DNA of 64,000 bases from Obrimoposthia wandeli. Taxonomy: Eukaryota. The notes beneath the pieces are model-generated. The model saw nothing but the letters and a program-made list of their open reading frames with translations. It did no database searches and was not told the DNA's origin. The position numbers and the translations under genes are program-made. Location: positions 62,001 to 126,000 of the forward strand of contig CDROCS010001089.1 in NCBI GenBank assembly GCA_977020255.1, given 5' to 3'. Below, piece by piece: positions 9,359 through 19,198 of the stretch (position 1 is the stretch's first letter; every line of letters begins with the position of its first letter).

Positions 9359-10044
9359 TTACTGGCCTCAAAACCGTTTAATAACTTTTTAAAACTAATT
9401 CCTCGTATAATAATATCTAATAATAATTTATCTTTCGTAAAGCTACGGATAAATGTATATGAAATAAATACGGCTAAAGAATTATTAATAAAAAAGTCAT
9501 GAATTATTAATTACGCGGATTATAGTTAACCAATAGAAATTAAGTGGTTTATCTGGCGGCTGATTGAGATGGGTCAATTTTTTTATCATATAATTAATTA
9601 CTTAATATAAACACGCTTTGGTAAATAGTTTTGCTCATTAAACTTAATTGCATTTTATAAAAACATATATGTAATCGAATTCACAATATATTAACCTTCA
9701 GCTTTATATAGCATAAATAAAGCACAAATATTATCCGCCGTTGATATAAAGCCTAGATGCACAGTAGAAGCGACCCACACTTGCTCGCTAGAAATGCATA
9801 CGCGAATAGCTAGTTTAGAGCCTTGCTAGCATCTTAATACTAAATTGTACTTGTGTTACTGCCATCTTTGAAAGCACGTTAATTTAATGCTTGAAGATGA
9901 TGTATCGCCTTATGGGTTATTGAGCATTCATTGAAATTGAATCGTTCACTCGCGATTATGATGCATTTTGTATGCTTTATTTTAACATTAGTGAAAAACA
10001 AGCGAGCTTAGAAAACGTAGATTTGTGCAGAACTCTCTATCCAA

Positions 10045-10755
10045 TTACTTTATCTGGCTAGCGTAAACAGGCATTATTTTATAACAGCAGCGACTCGCGC
10101 CTTCTAATATATGCTCGGATCTAACTACCGTAGCGAACCCTGTAAAACATGCTTGAAAGTTTTCCAACTCTGTTTTGCAAAAGCCTTGGCAAGCTTTAGC
10201 TGCTGTACAGATAGGGCAATGATCTTCTATCAGTAAAAAGCCTTCATCTAAGGCAACTACTTTTGCCATATACCCTTCTTCTGTACGTAATTGCGCTAAA
10301 CGTGCCACTTTATCTGCAACGGTTAAACCTTTCAATTGATCAAGATACAGCGCTAAGCTTTGCTCTGAGCGCGCCTGAATAATTTGATCTAATCCTTGTT
10401 GGCCAAAACTCACTTCCACCAGCTTAATCAAATCAACCGTTAAATTGGCGTGTCGATCAGTGTATTGAGCGTGCCCGTTCGCTGTTAGGCCCCAAACAGA
10501 AATCGGTCGACCACGGCTCTGTTTCAATAAGGAATTTTTTACCCAACCTTTTTCCAATAGCTTATTCAGATGCTGACCTGCTCCCACAGTCGTCATATTC
10601 AAATCTTTTGCCAGTGCTTTAGCACTCATTTCGCCCTGGGTCTTGATCAAGTACAAAATGCGCTCAGTGCTGTCTTGTACCTTAAGTTTCGATTTTACTT
10701 TTAATGGTTGAGCTTTTGTAATCTGCGTCGCTTTTAAATTCACTATTAAATTCAC
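10045..10755 (-). CDS. SufR-like / ArsR-type HTH metalloregulator
   Basis: N-terminal wHTH (MSAKALAKDLNMTTVGAGQHL, SRGRPISVWGLT); C-terminal EDHCPIC..A..CQGFC..E Cys motif. Confidence 0.8.
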   Translation of the reverse strand: MNLIVNLKATQITKAQPLKVKSKLKVQDSTERILYLIKTQGEMSAKALAKDLNMTTVGAGQHLNKLLEKGWVKNSLLKQSRGRPISVWGLTANGHAQYTDRHANLTVDLIKLVEVSFGQQGLDQIIQARSEQSLALYLDQLKGLTVADKVARLAQLRTEEGYMAKVVALDEGFLLIEDHCPICTAAKACQGFCKTELENFQACFTGFATVVRSEHILEGASRCCYKIMPVYASQIK

Positions 10756-10803
10756 TATTCATGGCTTAGCTTTCGATATGTGCAGTATATCGCTCAATCA
10801 TAT

Positions 10804-10827
10804 TTAGTAAAGTAAAAGCTTTACTAA
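10804..10827. promoter_or_regulatory. Palindromic operator between the divergent regulator and the VOC gene
   Basis: Perfect TTAGTAAAG-N6-CTTTACTAA. Confidence 0.6.
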
Positions 10828-10898
10828 TAAGCAAAGTAGGATTAACCTATTTAATAAAGCAAATGCTTTACTATTTAACTTTAGATTTAGGAGCACTT

Positions 10899-11303
10899 AT
10901 GTATTTAGAACACGCCAACATAACCGTTGCTAGTATTGATAAAGCAATGGCCTTCCTAGCCATAGCCTTCCCTGAATTTGAAATTCGCGGCGAGGGCACA
11001 ACTGAAACAACACGCTGGTTACATTTTGGCAATCAGCAAACTTATTTAGCACTACAGCAAAACCACCAAATAACAGTAGCTCGCGACACGACGTACCTGC
11101 ACAATGGTATTAATCACTTAGGCTTTGTGGTTGACGATTTAGCTAAAATAGCCCATAACTTAAGCAAAGCAGGCTACCAAAAAGAACCCAATTCAAGTGA
11201 TGAACAATACCGAAAGCGCGCCTACTTTTATGATGATAATCAAGTTGAGTGGGAGTTTATTGAATACTTAAGTGATCAGAATAAGCTAAAGAATCAATAC
11301 TGA
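10899..11303 (+). CDS. VOC (glyoxalase/bleomycin resistance) family protein
   Basis: LEHANITV, GINHLGFVVDDL, RAYFYDDNQVEWEFIEY; start moved to ATG 10899 after an AGGAG RBS. Confidence 0.88.
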   Translation: MYLEHANITVASIDKAMAFLAIAFPEFEIRGEGTTETTRWLHFGNQQTYLALQQNHQITVARDTTYLHNGINHLGFVVDDLAKIAHNLSKAGYQKEPNSSDEQYRKRAYFYDDNQVEWEFIEYLSDQNKLKNQY

Positions 11304-11419
11304 AAGACTTCCAAACTTTCTATATTATTTTACATAGCGCATGGGACTGGATACAGCCACTGCGCTATTACCTCTAACCAAGGCCTGCTATATTCTAATT
11401 TTTAATACAGGAAATAATA

Positions 11420-12082
11420 ATGAAAAACATAGTTATTACCGGCGCCAATCGTGGCATAGGCTTAGCCCTAACTCAACAATTCACACAGCTAGGCTATTGT
11501 GTATTTGCTGTGTGTAGACAATCCAGTGCTGAGCTGGAAAACCTTGGCGTTACCGTTATAGATAATATTGATGTAACCAAAAGCTTGGATCTGCTAAAAA
11601 TGCAGTCAGCATTATCGAATGTAGAGGTTGACCTTCTCATCAATAACGCCGGTATTTTACGAGCAGATACATTGCCAGAAATAAGCAGCGATCAGCTATT
11701 AGAGCAATTTAAGATAAATGCATTGGCACCATTACAAGTTGTTTGCCATCTCATGCAGCAGCTTACTGTAGGCAGTAAAATAGCCTTCATTACTTCCCGT
11801 ATGGGCTCTATTCACGACAATAGTTCAGGTGGCTATTATGGATATCGTATGTCGAAAACAGCCCTCAACGCTGCGGCTATGTCTCTTAGTCTCGATTTAG
11901 CGCCTCAAGAAATATCTGTAGCGCTTTACCATCCGGGTTGGGTGCAAACACAAATGGTTAATAACACTGGAGATATCAGTGCAACTGAAGCTGCACAGAA
12001 ATTATCGGGCTTGATGATTGCTCAAGACATGTCTAAAACGGGCTCTTTTACTCATTCAAATGGCCAAGCGTTAACTTGGTAA
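11420..12082 (+). CDS. Short-chain dehydrogenase/reductase (CsgA/C-factor-like)
   Basis: TGANRGIG, LINNAG, SRMGS, YGYRMSK (YxxxK), HPGWVQT. Confidence 0.92.
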   Translation: MKNIVITGANRGIGLALTQQFTQLGYCVFAVCRQSSAELENLGVTVIDNIDVTKSLDLLKMQSALSNVEVDLLINNAGILRADTLPEISSDQLLEQFKINALAPLQVVCHLMQQLTVGSKIAFITSRMGSIHDNSSGGYYGYRMSKTALNAAAMSLSLDLAPQEISVALYHPGWVQTQMVNNTGDISATEAAQKLSGLMIAQDMSKTGSFTHSNGQALTW

Positions 12083-12113
12083 CATCTAACGGTTCTAGAT
12101 ATTAGGCGTCCAG

Positions 12114-13130
12114 ATGAACACAGGAATTAATATGCGCTATTATTTGCAAAACTTAGAGTGGGCTCCGCAATCTCAGCAGGGTTTAAGCAACCATTTACCG
12201 ATGGCAGTACAGGCGCTACAAACGATGCAGGCAAGTGATGCGCAAATATTCAGATACATTGATCACGCATCGCTAAATCTTGAGAAGTTACCTCCCACTG
12301 ACCATGTTTTGCAACTCCAGCATTGGCATGAAGTATGTGATCTGAAAGGTAAATATACCCACTACTGGGCGTTACATCGCTATTTTGCATCAAAGATTAA
12401 AAACAATCTTAAAAATCCGATCGTTGCAGAGTATATCCAGCATTTAACACCGGGTATCAGTAGTGCTGCTTTTCATCCGTTTATACGCCTAGGCCACGCA
12501 CTGGCAAGTAACAATGTATTTGAAGTGGTTAGTGCCTTTGCTTATTGGATTTACGCTTATAGCGAGCTCACTTGGCCAAACAACAAGCGACAAGCTAGCC
12601 CGTCATTGAATACTACAATCAGCTCATTGCTAGTTGGTATTCATTGGCCAACGGGGCGACTAGGTACCAGTATGGTCACCTCTGATATACAACAAGTGAG
12701 CGAACAAGCTAACTTTCACCAGCTAAACTTCAGGCCCGATGCAAAAAATATTGATTTTAAAGAAATGGAACTCAGCGCACTTAATCTCTATTTAGCCTGC
12801 GATGATTTTACAATATTGCACGCAGTGACGGCCACTTACAGCACTAGAGTCATTAGTGAACAGTATTCTCAAATTGATGATTTATATCTTTACCTATGGC
12901 AAGCAGTAGTCACAGCCTACTTATCAAAAGGCCTCACAGCATTACATCAACAAAATACCTTGAAAAGGCTAACGGCTCAGACTTGTTATAGCCGCGAGCA
13001 GATTCGTCATCGCGCCTGCCATTCATTGGATGATCATACTATCAAGCTCGCGGCTGTTTGTTTGCAGATGCATCAAATCACTGGCAATGGTAATTACTTG
13101 CTAGCGATAAGTCGTAAGTTAGATCATTAG
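12114..13130 (+). CDS. Questin oxidase family (DUF4243, AflY-like) protein
   Basis: NHLPMAVQAL, AAFHPFIRLGHA, DFTILHAVTA, DDHTIKL motifs. Confidence 0.75.
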   Translation: MNTGINMRYYLQNLEWAPQSQQGLSNHLPMAVQALQTMQASDAQIFRYIDHASLNLEKLPPTDHVLQLQHWHEVCDLKGKYTHYWALHRYFASKIKNNLKNPIVAEYIQHLTPGISSAAFHPFIRLGHALASNNVFEVVSAFAYWIYAYSELTWPNNKRQASPSLNTTISSLLVGIHWPTGRLGTSMVTSDIQQVSEQANFHQLNFRPDAKNIDFKEMELSALNLYLACDDFTILHAVTATYSTRVISEQYSQIDDLYLYLWQAVVTAYLSKGLTALHQQNTLKRLTAQTCYSREQIRHRACHSLDDHTIKLAAVCLQMHQITGNGNYLLAISRKLDH

Positions 13131-13270
13131 TGTCCGGTTTAATTTTTGTTGTTATTTAACTCATTTATTTCACGTTAATCACTAGTGCTATTTGGCTAAA
13201 ACAACCCAATTACCTATGCTAGAAAACCACAAATCAATGAGCTAGAGAGTTTACACTTTTTAACCGGGCA
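13131..13270. mobile_element. 140-bp MITE-like element, the most complete copy of a dispersed repeat
   Basis: Imperfect terminal inverted repeats TGTCCGGTT/AACCGGGCA (8/9); starts right after the stop codon at 13130; 13210-13267 recurs inverted at 45633-45690 and partly at 54160-54193; no ORF. Confidence 0.55.
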
Positions 13271-13408
13271 GCACTGAAGTTACATAATGAACCCAGCGCG
13301 GTATTTGAATAACCTCAATATTAAATAGCTTAGGGCTAACTCGAATGCCCAATATAGAGCCTTTATTTGCTATACTGTTAAGCATTTCAACGATATAACA
13401 GGCTTCCA

Positions 13409-13993
13409 GTGAGTAAAGCAGAGATAGATAACGACAATTTGCGTATCGGCCAACAAATCCGTGATTTACGCAAAGCTAAAGGGGTAACCCTTGCAGATAT
13501 GGCGCAGCGTATTAACCGCTCGCTCGGCTATGTAAGCCAAGTAGAAAGAGGCGTTTCTGCACTGCCTATTCCTGTATTGAAATCGATCAGTGAAGTGCTA
13601 GAAGTTAAAATTAGCTGGTTCTTTCACTCTGATGCTCATACACCGTTTGAAGAGCTGAACTATATAGTTCGCTGCAACAATAGACGTCGCCTAGAATTTA
13701 CTGGCACCGGTATTGTTGAAGAATTACTAACTCCGCATTTAAGTAGCCAATTACAAATGATTCTCACCACCCTCTCACCTGGTGCTGAAAGTATAGAGCC
13801 TAGAGTGCGTAGCGCTGAAGAGGCTGGGTTTATTCAATCGGGCACTTTGCATCTAAGTGTTGATGAGAAAAACTTTGTATTGCATGCCGGTGACAGCTTC
13901 GCCTTAGATGATAATGGCGCTCACCGTGTGCACAACCCATCTAAAACTGAAGATACTGTTATTATTTGGACATTAGTGGGTGCGAGCTATTAA
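13409..13993 (+). CDS. XRE-family HTH + cupin transcriptional regulator (PuuR-like)
   Basis: IGQQIRDLRKAKGVTLADMA...YVSQVERG HTH; cupin EEAGFIQSGTL...LHAGDSF...HRVHN. Confidence 0.9.
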   Translation: MSKAEIDNDNLRIGQQIRDLRKAKGVTLADMAQRINRSLGYVSQVERGVSALPIPVLKSISEVLEVKISWFFHSDAHTPFEELNYIVRCNNRRRLEFTGTGIVEELLTPHLSSQLQMILTTLSPGAESIEPRVRSAEEAGFIQSGTLHLSVDEKNFVLHAGDSFALDDNGAHRVHNPSKTEDTVIIWTLVGASY

Positions 13994-14040
13994 GGCGAGT
14001 GGCAAGTGGCAAGTGGCAAGTGGCAAGTGGCAAGTGGCGA
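13994..14040 (+). repeat. Heptamer tandem repeat (GGCAAGT)x5 flanked by GGCGAGT / GGCGA
   Basis: Read directly; begins at the base after the XRE stop codon, between convergent genes. Confidence 0.97.
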
Positions 14041-14100
14041 AAATACACTGAAGATTCACAACCACTAGCTTTTTACTCGCTAGAACCTTAACCTCGTTTC

Positions 14101-14892
14101 TTAAAAATTAGCTTTACGCTTTTCTAAGAATGCTTGCATACCTTCGCTTTGCTCATCTGTGGCAAAGCACAAACCAAATAAATCACTTTCCATAGCGCAG
14201 GCATTTTCTAAATCTAGATCTTGGCCGCGCTGCACTAGCTCTTTAGTGAACTTAACTGAAACAGGGCCATTCTTGCAAATCTTAGCCGCCATTTTCAAGC
14301 CTTGCTCCATCAATTCTGCCTGCGGGTAAACATGATTAACTAAACCGCGCTGCAATGCTTCATTCGCATCTAACATGCGACCGCTGACTAACAGCTCCAT
14401 CGCCATTGCACGCCCAATTAAACGCGGTAAACGCTGCGAGCCTCCAAAGCCTGGAGTGACTCCTAAGCTCACTTCTGGCTGACCAAATTTGGCATTTTGG
14501 GAGGCAAAGATGAAATCACAGCTCATCGCCAACTCACAACCTCCACCAAGGGCAAAGCCATTGACCAGCGCAATAACAGGTATATCCAATGTTTCAAAGC
14601 GCCTAAAGGTTTGCAACGCTTGTTCGCCAAATTTTTTGGCTTGCAGGGCAGTTAATGCCTGCATTTGTGCAATATCAGCACCTGCCACAAAAGACTTTTC
14701 TCCAGCCCCTGTTACCAATAACACTCTAGCGCTACTATCAGCTGCTACAATTTCAAGTGCACTTGCCATGTCGTTTAGCGTTTCTTTATTCAAAGCATTA
14801 AGCACTTTAGGCCGATTCACTGTTAAGCAGTAAACATTACCTTCTAATCGTTCTAACAATATATTTTCAAATGTTTGCATATTACACTCCAC
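14101..14892 (-). CDS. Enoyl-CoA hydratase (crotonase)
   Basis: NRPKVLNALN, FVAGADI, GFALGGGCELAMSCD, FGQPEVSLGVTPGFGGSQRLPRLIG. Confidence 0.95.
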   Translation of the reverse strand: MECNMQTFENILLERLEGNVYCLTVNRPKVLNALNKETLNDMASALEIVAADSSARVLLVTGAGEKSFVAGADIAQMQALTALQAKKFGEQALQTFRRFETLDIPVIALVNGFALGGGCELAMSCDFIFASQNAKFGQPEVSLGVTPGFGGSQRLPRLIGRAMAMELLVSGRMLDANEALQRGLVNHVYPQAELMEQGLKMAAKICKNGPVSVKFTKELVQRGQDLDLENACAMESDLFGLCFATDEQSEGMQAFLEKRKANF

Positions 14893-14937
14893 TAAAATAG
14901 TTACGCTCTTTCATTCCATTTATAACAGTTACTCAAA

Positions 14938-15786
14938 TTAATTGTACGAGTAAAAACCACGTCCCGTTTTTCTACCTAAATAACCCGCATCTACCATTTG
15001 TTTTAACAATGGACATGGTCGATATTTACTGTCGCTAAAGCCATCATGTAACACTTGCATGATGCTCAAGCAAGTATCCAGCCCGATCAAATCTGCTAAG
15101 GCTAAAGGCCCCATAGGATGCGCAGCACCTAATTTCATTGCTTCATCAATTTCAGCAGCGCTTGCAACACCTTCATATAACGTAAATATAGCTTCGTTAA
15201 TCATTGGCATTAAAATACGATTAACCACAAAACCAGGACGATCTTGCGAAGTTACAGCTGTTTTATTTAATTTATCAGCGACTTCAAGCATGCTTTGGTA
15301 GGTTTCTTCACTGGTTTGCAAACCTTTAATCACTTCAATAAGTTTCATTAAAGGAACAGGGTTCATAAAGTGCAAACCAATAACCTTATCGGGCCTTTGT
15401 GTTACTGCAGCTAAGCGAGTAATTGAAATCGATGATGTATTACTAGCAAGCAGTGTGCTTGATGGACAAATTTTATCTAACTGGGAGAAAATTTTATGCT
15501 TTAACTGCTCATTTTCGGTAGCGGCCTCTACTACTAACCCCGCCGCTGCCAAAGCGCTAAAATCAGTACTGCCTTGGATGCGCTCGCATATCACTTCTGG
15601 TGTTTCATTTAAGCGATCTTTTTGCGCTAACTTGTTAAGAGATTTTTTAAGTGTTGCTATTCCTCTCTCTATCGCAACCCCATCAATATCATTCAAAATA
15701 ACTTGGTAGCCAGCAGTCGCAAACACTTGCGCTATCCCTTGACCCATTTGGCCTGCGCCAATTACTGCTACTGTTTTAAAACTCAT
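14938..15786 (-). CDS. hbd: 3-hydroxybutyryl-CoA dehydrogenase
   Basis: GAGQMGQGIA, VEAATE, SNTSSISIT, GLHFMNP, PGFVVNR, HPMGPLALADLIGLD. Confidence 0.93.
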   Translation of the reverse strand: MSFKTVAVIGAGQMGQGIAQVFATAGYQVILNDIDGVAIERGIATLKKSLNKLAQKDRLNETPEVICERIQGSTDFSALAAAGLVVEAATENEQLKHKIFSQLDKICPSSTLLASNTSSISITRLAAVTQRPDKVIGLHFMNPVPLMKLIEVIKGLQTSEETYQSMLEVADKLNKTAVTSQDRPGFVVNRILMPMINEAIFTLYEGVASAAEIDEAMKLGAAHPMGPLALADLIGLDTCLSIMQVLHDGFSDSKYRPCPLLKQMVDAGYLGRKTGRGFYSYN

Positions 15787-15908
15787 TTTTGACCCTTTTG
15801 TTATGCCACTAGATTAGTTGTAAATATCAACTCTTATACAATAAACAGTTAATGTGCTCAATCTAATTAGTGGCTAGCTGCAAACAGTTAACGATAATAG
15901 ACGAACAC

Positions 15909-16100
15909 TAAGGAAGTAGCGAATAAGTCCCCCAGATGTTCCCTGTGGAAAACTAAGCGGTTAAATGCGCACAAGAACGTGCAGTGAATGGCCAGTCCTC
16001 TACAAATGTTCTGACAAAGGAGTTCACCGCTTAGCTTTCTTTGAGAACATAAGCACCCTTTACGCCAGGGGCCCCTGGGACTTGTTCGCTACTTTCCTAA
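15909..16100. repeat. 192-bp nested palindromic element (MITE-like or structured RNA)
   Basis: ~24-bp terminal inverted repeat TAAGGAAGTAGCGAATAAGTCCC / GGGACTTGTTCGCTACTTTCCTAA; inner stems ATGTTC/GAACAT and CTAAGCGGT/ACCGCTTAG; perfect palindrome CCAGGGGCCCCTGG at 16065-16078. Confidence 0.7.
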
Positions 16101-16268
16101 CTATTTTATACCTAAAACAAATCTAAATAACAATGCTACTTTAGTGCGCTTATTTGTTTTACACACATCTAGTTACCCGCTAAATTATGTTTATTAAGTA
16201 ACATCTGTGTACACTGCCTTATAAACAACAGCATAAAGGGGCAGATATAGAATTTCATCGCTCCTTTT

Positions 16269-17327
16269 TTGCTTAATATCACGGTACTTACTATGTCTAT
16301 TCGCAAATTTAGCTCAACAATGCTCGACACCAACAGTGCTTATATCACTGCGGATGATCAACAAACCAAAATCTTGAATATCGGTTTTATTTTGTTAGAA
16401 AATTTCTCAATGATGTCTTTTACCGCGGCTGTCGATGTCTTAGTTACTGCTAATTTAGTGCAATCAAACACGCTTTTTAAAGTATCGAGTTATGCCTTAA
16501 AGACCACCAGCATCACCAGCGATCTCGGTATAGATATAACCACCTCCAACAAACTCTCCGAGCTTAAGTTTATGAATGATAGTGAGCTTGACATGTTAAT
16601 TGTCTGTGGTGGATTACGCAGCCCTTTAAGTGTCAACACTAAGCTTAATCAAATTTTAAAAGCAGCACGCAAACATAACGTGATACTCGGTAGTCTTTGG
16701 AATGGAGTGATAGCTTTAGCACAGGCCAATGTATTACAAGAACAAATTTGTGCTTTGCACATAGACAATCACGCATTGATGCAAGAGCACTATCCAAGTG
16801 TTAACTTAACAGATCAAAGTTTTATAAGTGACACTAACCATATCAGTTGTGCGGATGCGTTGGGTGCATTGGATATGATGCTACAGATGGTTGAAAGCAT
16901 CGCCGGCCCCGCCGTTTCAAGAGCGGTAAAGGAAATTCTCAGTTGTAATCGCTCTCGGGAGGGCTGTGAAGATAGATTGAATCAGTTTGGCGATAATGAG
17001 CAATTGCCAACGGTATTGCGCAGTGCAGTACAATTGATGAATAGCAACATAGAAGAACCTATAGCGATTGATGAAATGGCGAGCTATTTACAAACCAATC
17101 GACGCCAGTTAGAGCGCTTATTTAAACAATATTTAAACACTTCTCCTTCACGCCACTATTTAGAAATCAGATTAACATGCGCCAGACGATTACTGATGCA
17201 AAGTAGTGATTCAATCACAAATATCGCCATCGCCAGCGGCTTTGTCAGTAGTAATCACTTTAGTAATTGCTTTAGTCAGTATTTCAAAATACCGCCCAGT
17301 GCTTGCAGAAAAAGAAAAGAAGATTAA
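16269..17327 (+). CDS. GlxA/GbdR-type AraC regulator with DJ-1/PfpI-like domain
   Basis: IGFILLENFSMMSF, LIVCGG, LQTNRRQLERLFKQYL..SPSRHYLEIRL, IAIASGFVSSNHFS. Confidence 0.9.
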   Translation: MLNITVLTMSIRKFSSTMLDTNSAYITADDQQTKILNIGFILLENFSMMSFTAAVDVLVTANLVQSNTLFKVSSYALKTTSITSDLGIDITTSNKLSELKFMNDSELDMLIVCGGLRSPLSVNTKLNQILKAARKHNVILGSLWNGVIALAQANVLQEQICALHIDNHALMQEHYPSVNLTDQSFISDTNHISCADALGALDMMLQMVESIAGPAVSRAVKEILSCNRSREGCEDRLNQFGDNEQLPTVLRSAVQLMNSNIEEPIAIDEMASYLQTNRRQLERLFKQYLNTSPSRHYLEIRLTCARRLLMQSSDSITNIAIASGFVSSNHFSNCFSQYFKIPPSACRKRKED

Positions 17328-17369
17328 GCATTCTTTTCATTGATGAACAATGTTTAACAACACGATGAA

Positions 17370-18473
17370 CTAAAGCACATTGGCAATGATGGCAATAGCA
17401 TTAAATGGCATGCTGCTATCTTGTTCGACGGTAATTTTTTTCTCAGCGGCGAGCACTAGTAAATGTACTATATCTGGGCTTTGCTTGTCCCGCACCATCA
17501 GCAATTTTGGCACACGTCTGAGCATCACTCTGGTCGCCTCGGCTATACCCGGCTTCACTTTGTTAATATCATCGACCTGTTGTGCAATCATTAGTTTACT
17601 CACGTAATCTTGCATCTTTTGGCGGCGAGTATTACCGTCATTACTGCGTTGTTGCAGATCTTCGCTATTAAGCTCAATATTAACAAAGAGCTGCGATATT
17701 TGATCGACGAACCAGCGGCTAATATCTTGATCTTTTAAGTGAGAGTAAAGCACGCACTGATGAAATCCTTGAAACTCATCGCGCAATATCGTGCGTGATA
17801 CAAGCCCTGATACAGTGCTGTTTAGCACGCCACTTGGGATTGCATAATCATCCGTGGTAGCCACTATATCTGCGGTGCCGCCAATGTCAGATATCACACA
17901 AAGCTGGTCGCCAATCTTATAATCTGATGTGCTATTCCACTTTGCTACGGCGGATTTAAGCTCTTGCGTAATCACTCCTTTCGCTGTCCAGCCATCGACA
18001 AACAAAATACTTTTTGCACTGTGTCCAGCTTCTTGAATATAGGCCAGAGCACATTCATCAATCCCTTTATCGCGCACGATTGATATAGAATAATGATGCG
18101 ACTCTATATTGTAGTAATACTTGAGCGCTCTATTTAATAGCACCCCTATTGGTGTACCTGCGCGCGCTAAAGAAAGCAGTGTTACTTGATCCCCCTTTAA
18201 CTGATGTATCTGCTGGGCAAGGCTAGCAATTTCTTGGGCTAAGCGATGCTTGTATTGCTCAACCAACGTGTGAAATATCTGCAAATACTGCTCACTAGGT
18301 GCTGATTCTTTAGATACCATTTGCGAGTAGTGCTGCTTGCCTTGCTGCAGTAGTATTTCTTTTTGCTCAATGCTCAGCATAGGTACATCAATGGCTTGCA
18401 ACAAAAACAGGCAATCTTGCGGTTCATAGCTACCTTGTAGCGGCTTTAAGCCATAGCGTTCAGTTTGGGTCAT
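17370..18473 (-). CDS. StiP-family (PRTase-like + Pelota-like RNA-binding domain) Ter-associated protein
   Basis: GSYEPQDCLFLL, LLSLARAGTPIG, FVDGWTAKGVI, DDYAIPSGVLNSTVSGLVSRT, NKVKPGIAEATRVMLRRVP. Confidence 0.85.
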   Translation of the reverse strand: MTQTERYGLKPLQGSYEPQDCLFLLQAIDVPMLSIEQKEILLQQGKQHYSQMVSKESAPSEQYLQIFHTLVEQYKHRLAQEIASLAQQIHQLKGDQVTLLSLARAGTPIGVLLNRALKYYYNIESHHYSISIVRDKGIDECALAYIQEAGHSAKSILFVDGWTAKGVITQELKSAVAKWNSTSDYKIGDQLCVISDIGGTADIVATTDDYAIPSGVLNSTVSGLVSRTILRDEFQGFHQCVLYSHLKDQDISRWFVDQISQLFVNIELNSEDLQQRSNDGNTRRQKMQDYVSKLMIAQQVDDINKVKPGIAEATRVMLRRVPKLLMVRDKQSPDIVHLLVLAAEKKITVEQDSSMPFNAIAIIANVL

Positions 18474-19198
18474 GTTAGCTTTCCTGCCGTTATTTGGCTC
18501 TTTTGCGGGATCATTTGAAAGTGACAGGCTTGCATAAAAGCTAAATCCGAATCGCTATCGCCAATACCCACAAACAAGGTTTGCGGATTATCGGCTAAGA
18601 AATGCTGTTTAAGAAAATTTACGGCACGTTTTTTACAGGCATAAGGCGGTAGTAATGCCATGTTGTCGCCGTTGATATGTACGCGGGCATTATCATCAAG
18701 TGCACTAAAGCGCTCACTGATCTTCGCAAGCTCGGTTAAATCAGCTTGCTCGCCTTTAATCGATATGTAGCAAGCGATATCAAAGTCGCTGATTATCCGA
18801 CAACGCAATGCGAGTTTGTTTTCGCTGATAGCTTGTTGCACTTGCTCGACATAATCAGTTAGTACTGGCAGCCACTGAGCGGTTTGATCAGCGAGTATAT
18901 TTGACCAACTCTCATCTAACTCACCTTGTGCATTTAAAACAATGGCACCGTGATCTATCACTTGAAAATATGAATGCTCAATCGATACCCTATCCAGCGC
19001 TGCTTTATTGCGCCCAGTAACAGGGATAAAAATATGCTCATTACACAGGTTGATTAACAGTTGTTGCGCGGGAGTTGAGAAAGATGCCGCTAGCCCTTCT
19101 TTATCAACCGCTGTAGTTGTGAGTACTGGTTCATCTAAACACTTTCTTTTGGTTTGAATTAAACTGTCATCGATATCTGAGAAAAAAACTATGGGCAT
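18470..19198 (-). CDS. HAD-superfamily (class IIB-like) hydrolase, Ter-associated
   Basis: FSDIDDSLIQT motif I, PVTGR motif II, CKKRAV, GIGDSDSDLAFM motif IV; 4-bp overlap with StiP. Confidence 0.88.
   Translation of the reverse strand: MPIVFFSDIDDSLIQTKRKCLDEPVLTTTAVDKEGLAASFSTPAQQLLINLCNEHIFIPVTGRNKAALDRVSIEHSYFQVIDHGAIVLNAQGELDESWSNILADQTAQWLPVLTDYVEQVQQAISENKLALRCRIISDFDIACYISIKGEQADLTELAKISERFSALDDNARVHINGDNMALLPPYACKKRAVNFLKQHFLADNPQTLFVGIGDSDSDLAFMQACHFQMIPQKSQITAGKLT

Noticed and set aside
15909-16100. 6S RNA
   Set aside because: The length and rod shape are suggestive, but the sequence does not follow the 6S consensus and the usual zapA / 5-formyl-THF cyclo-ligase context is absent.
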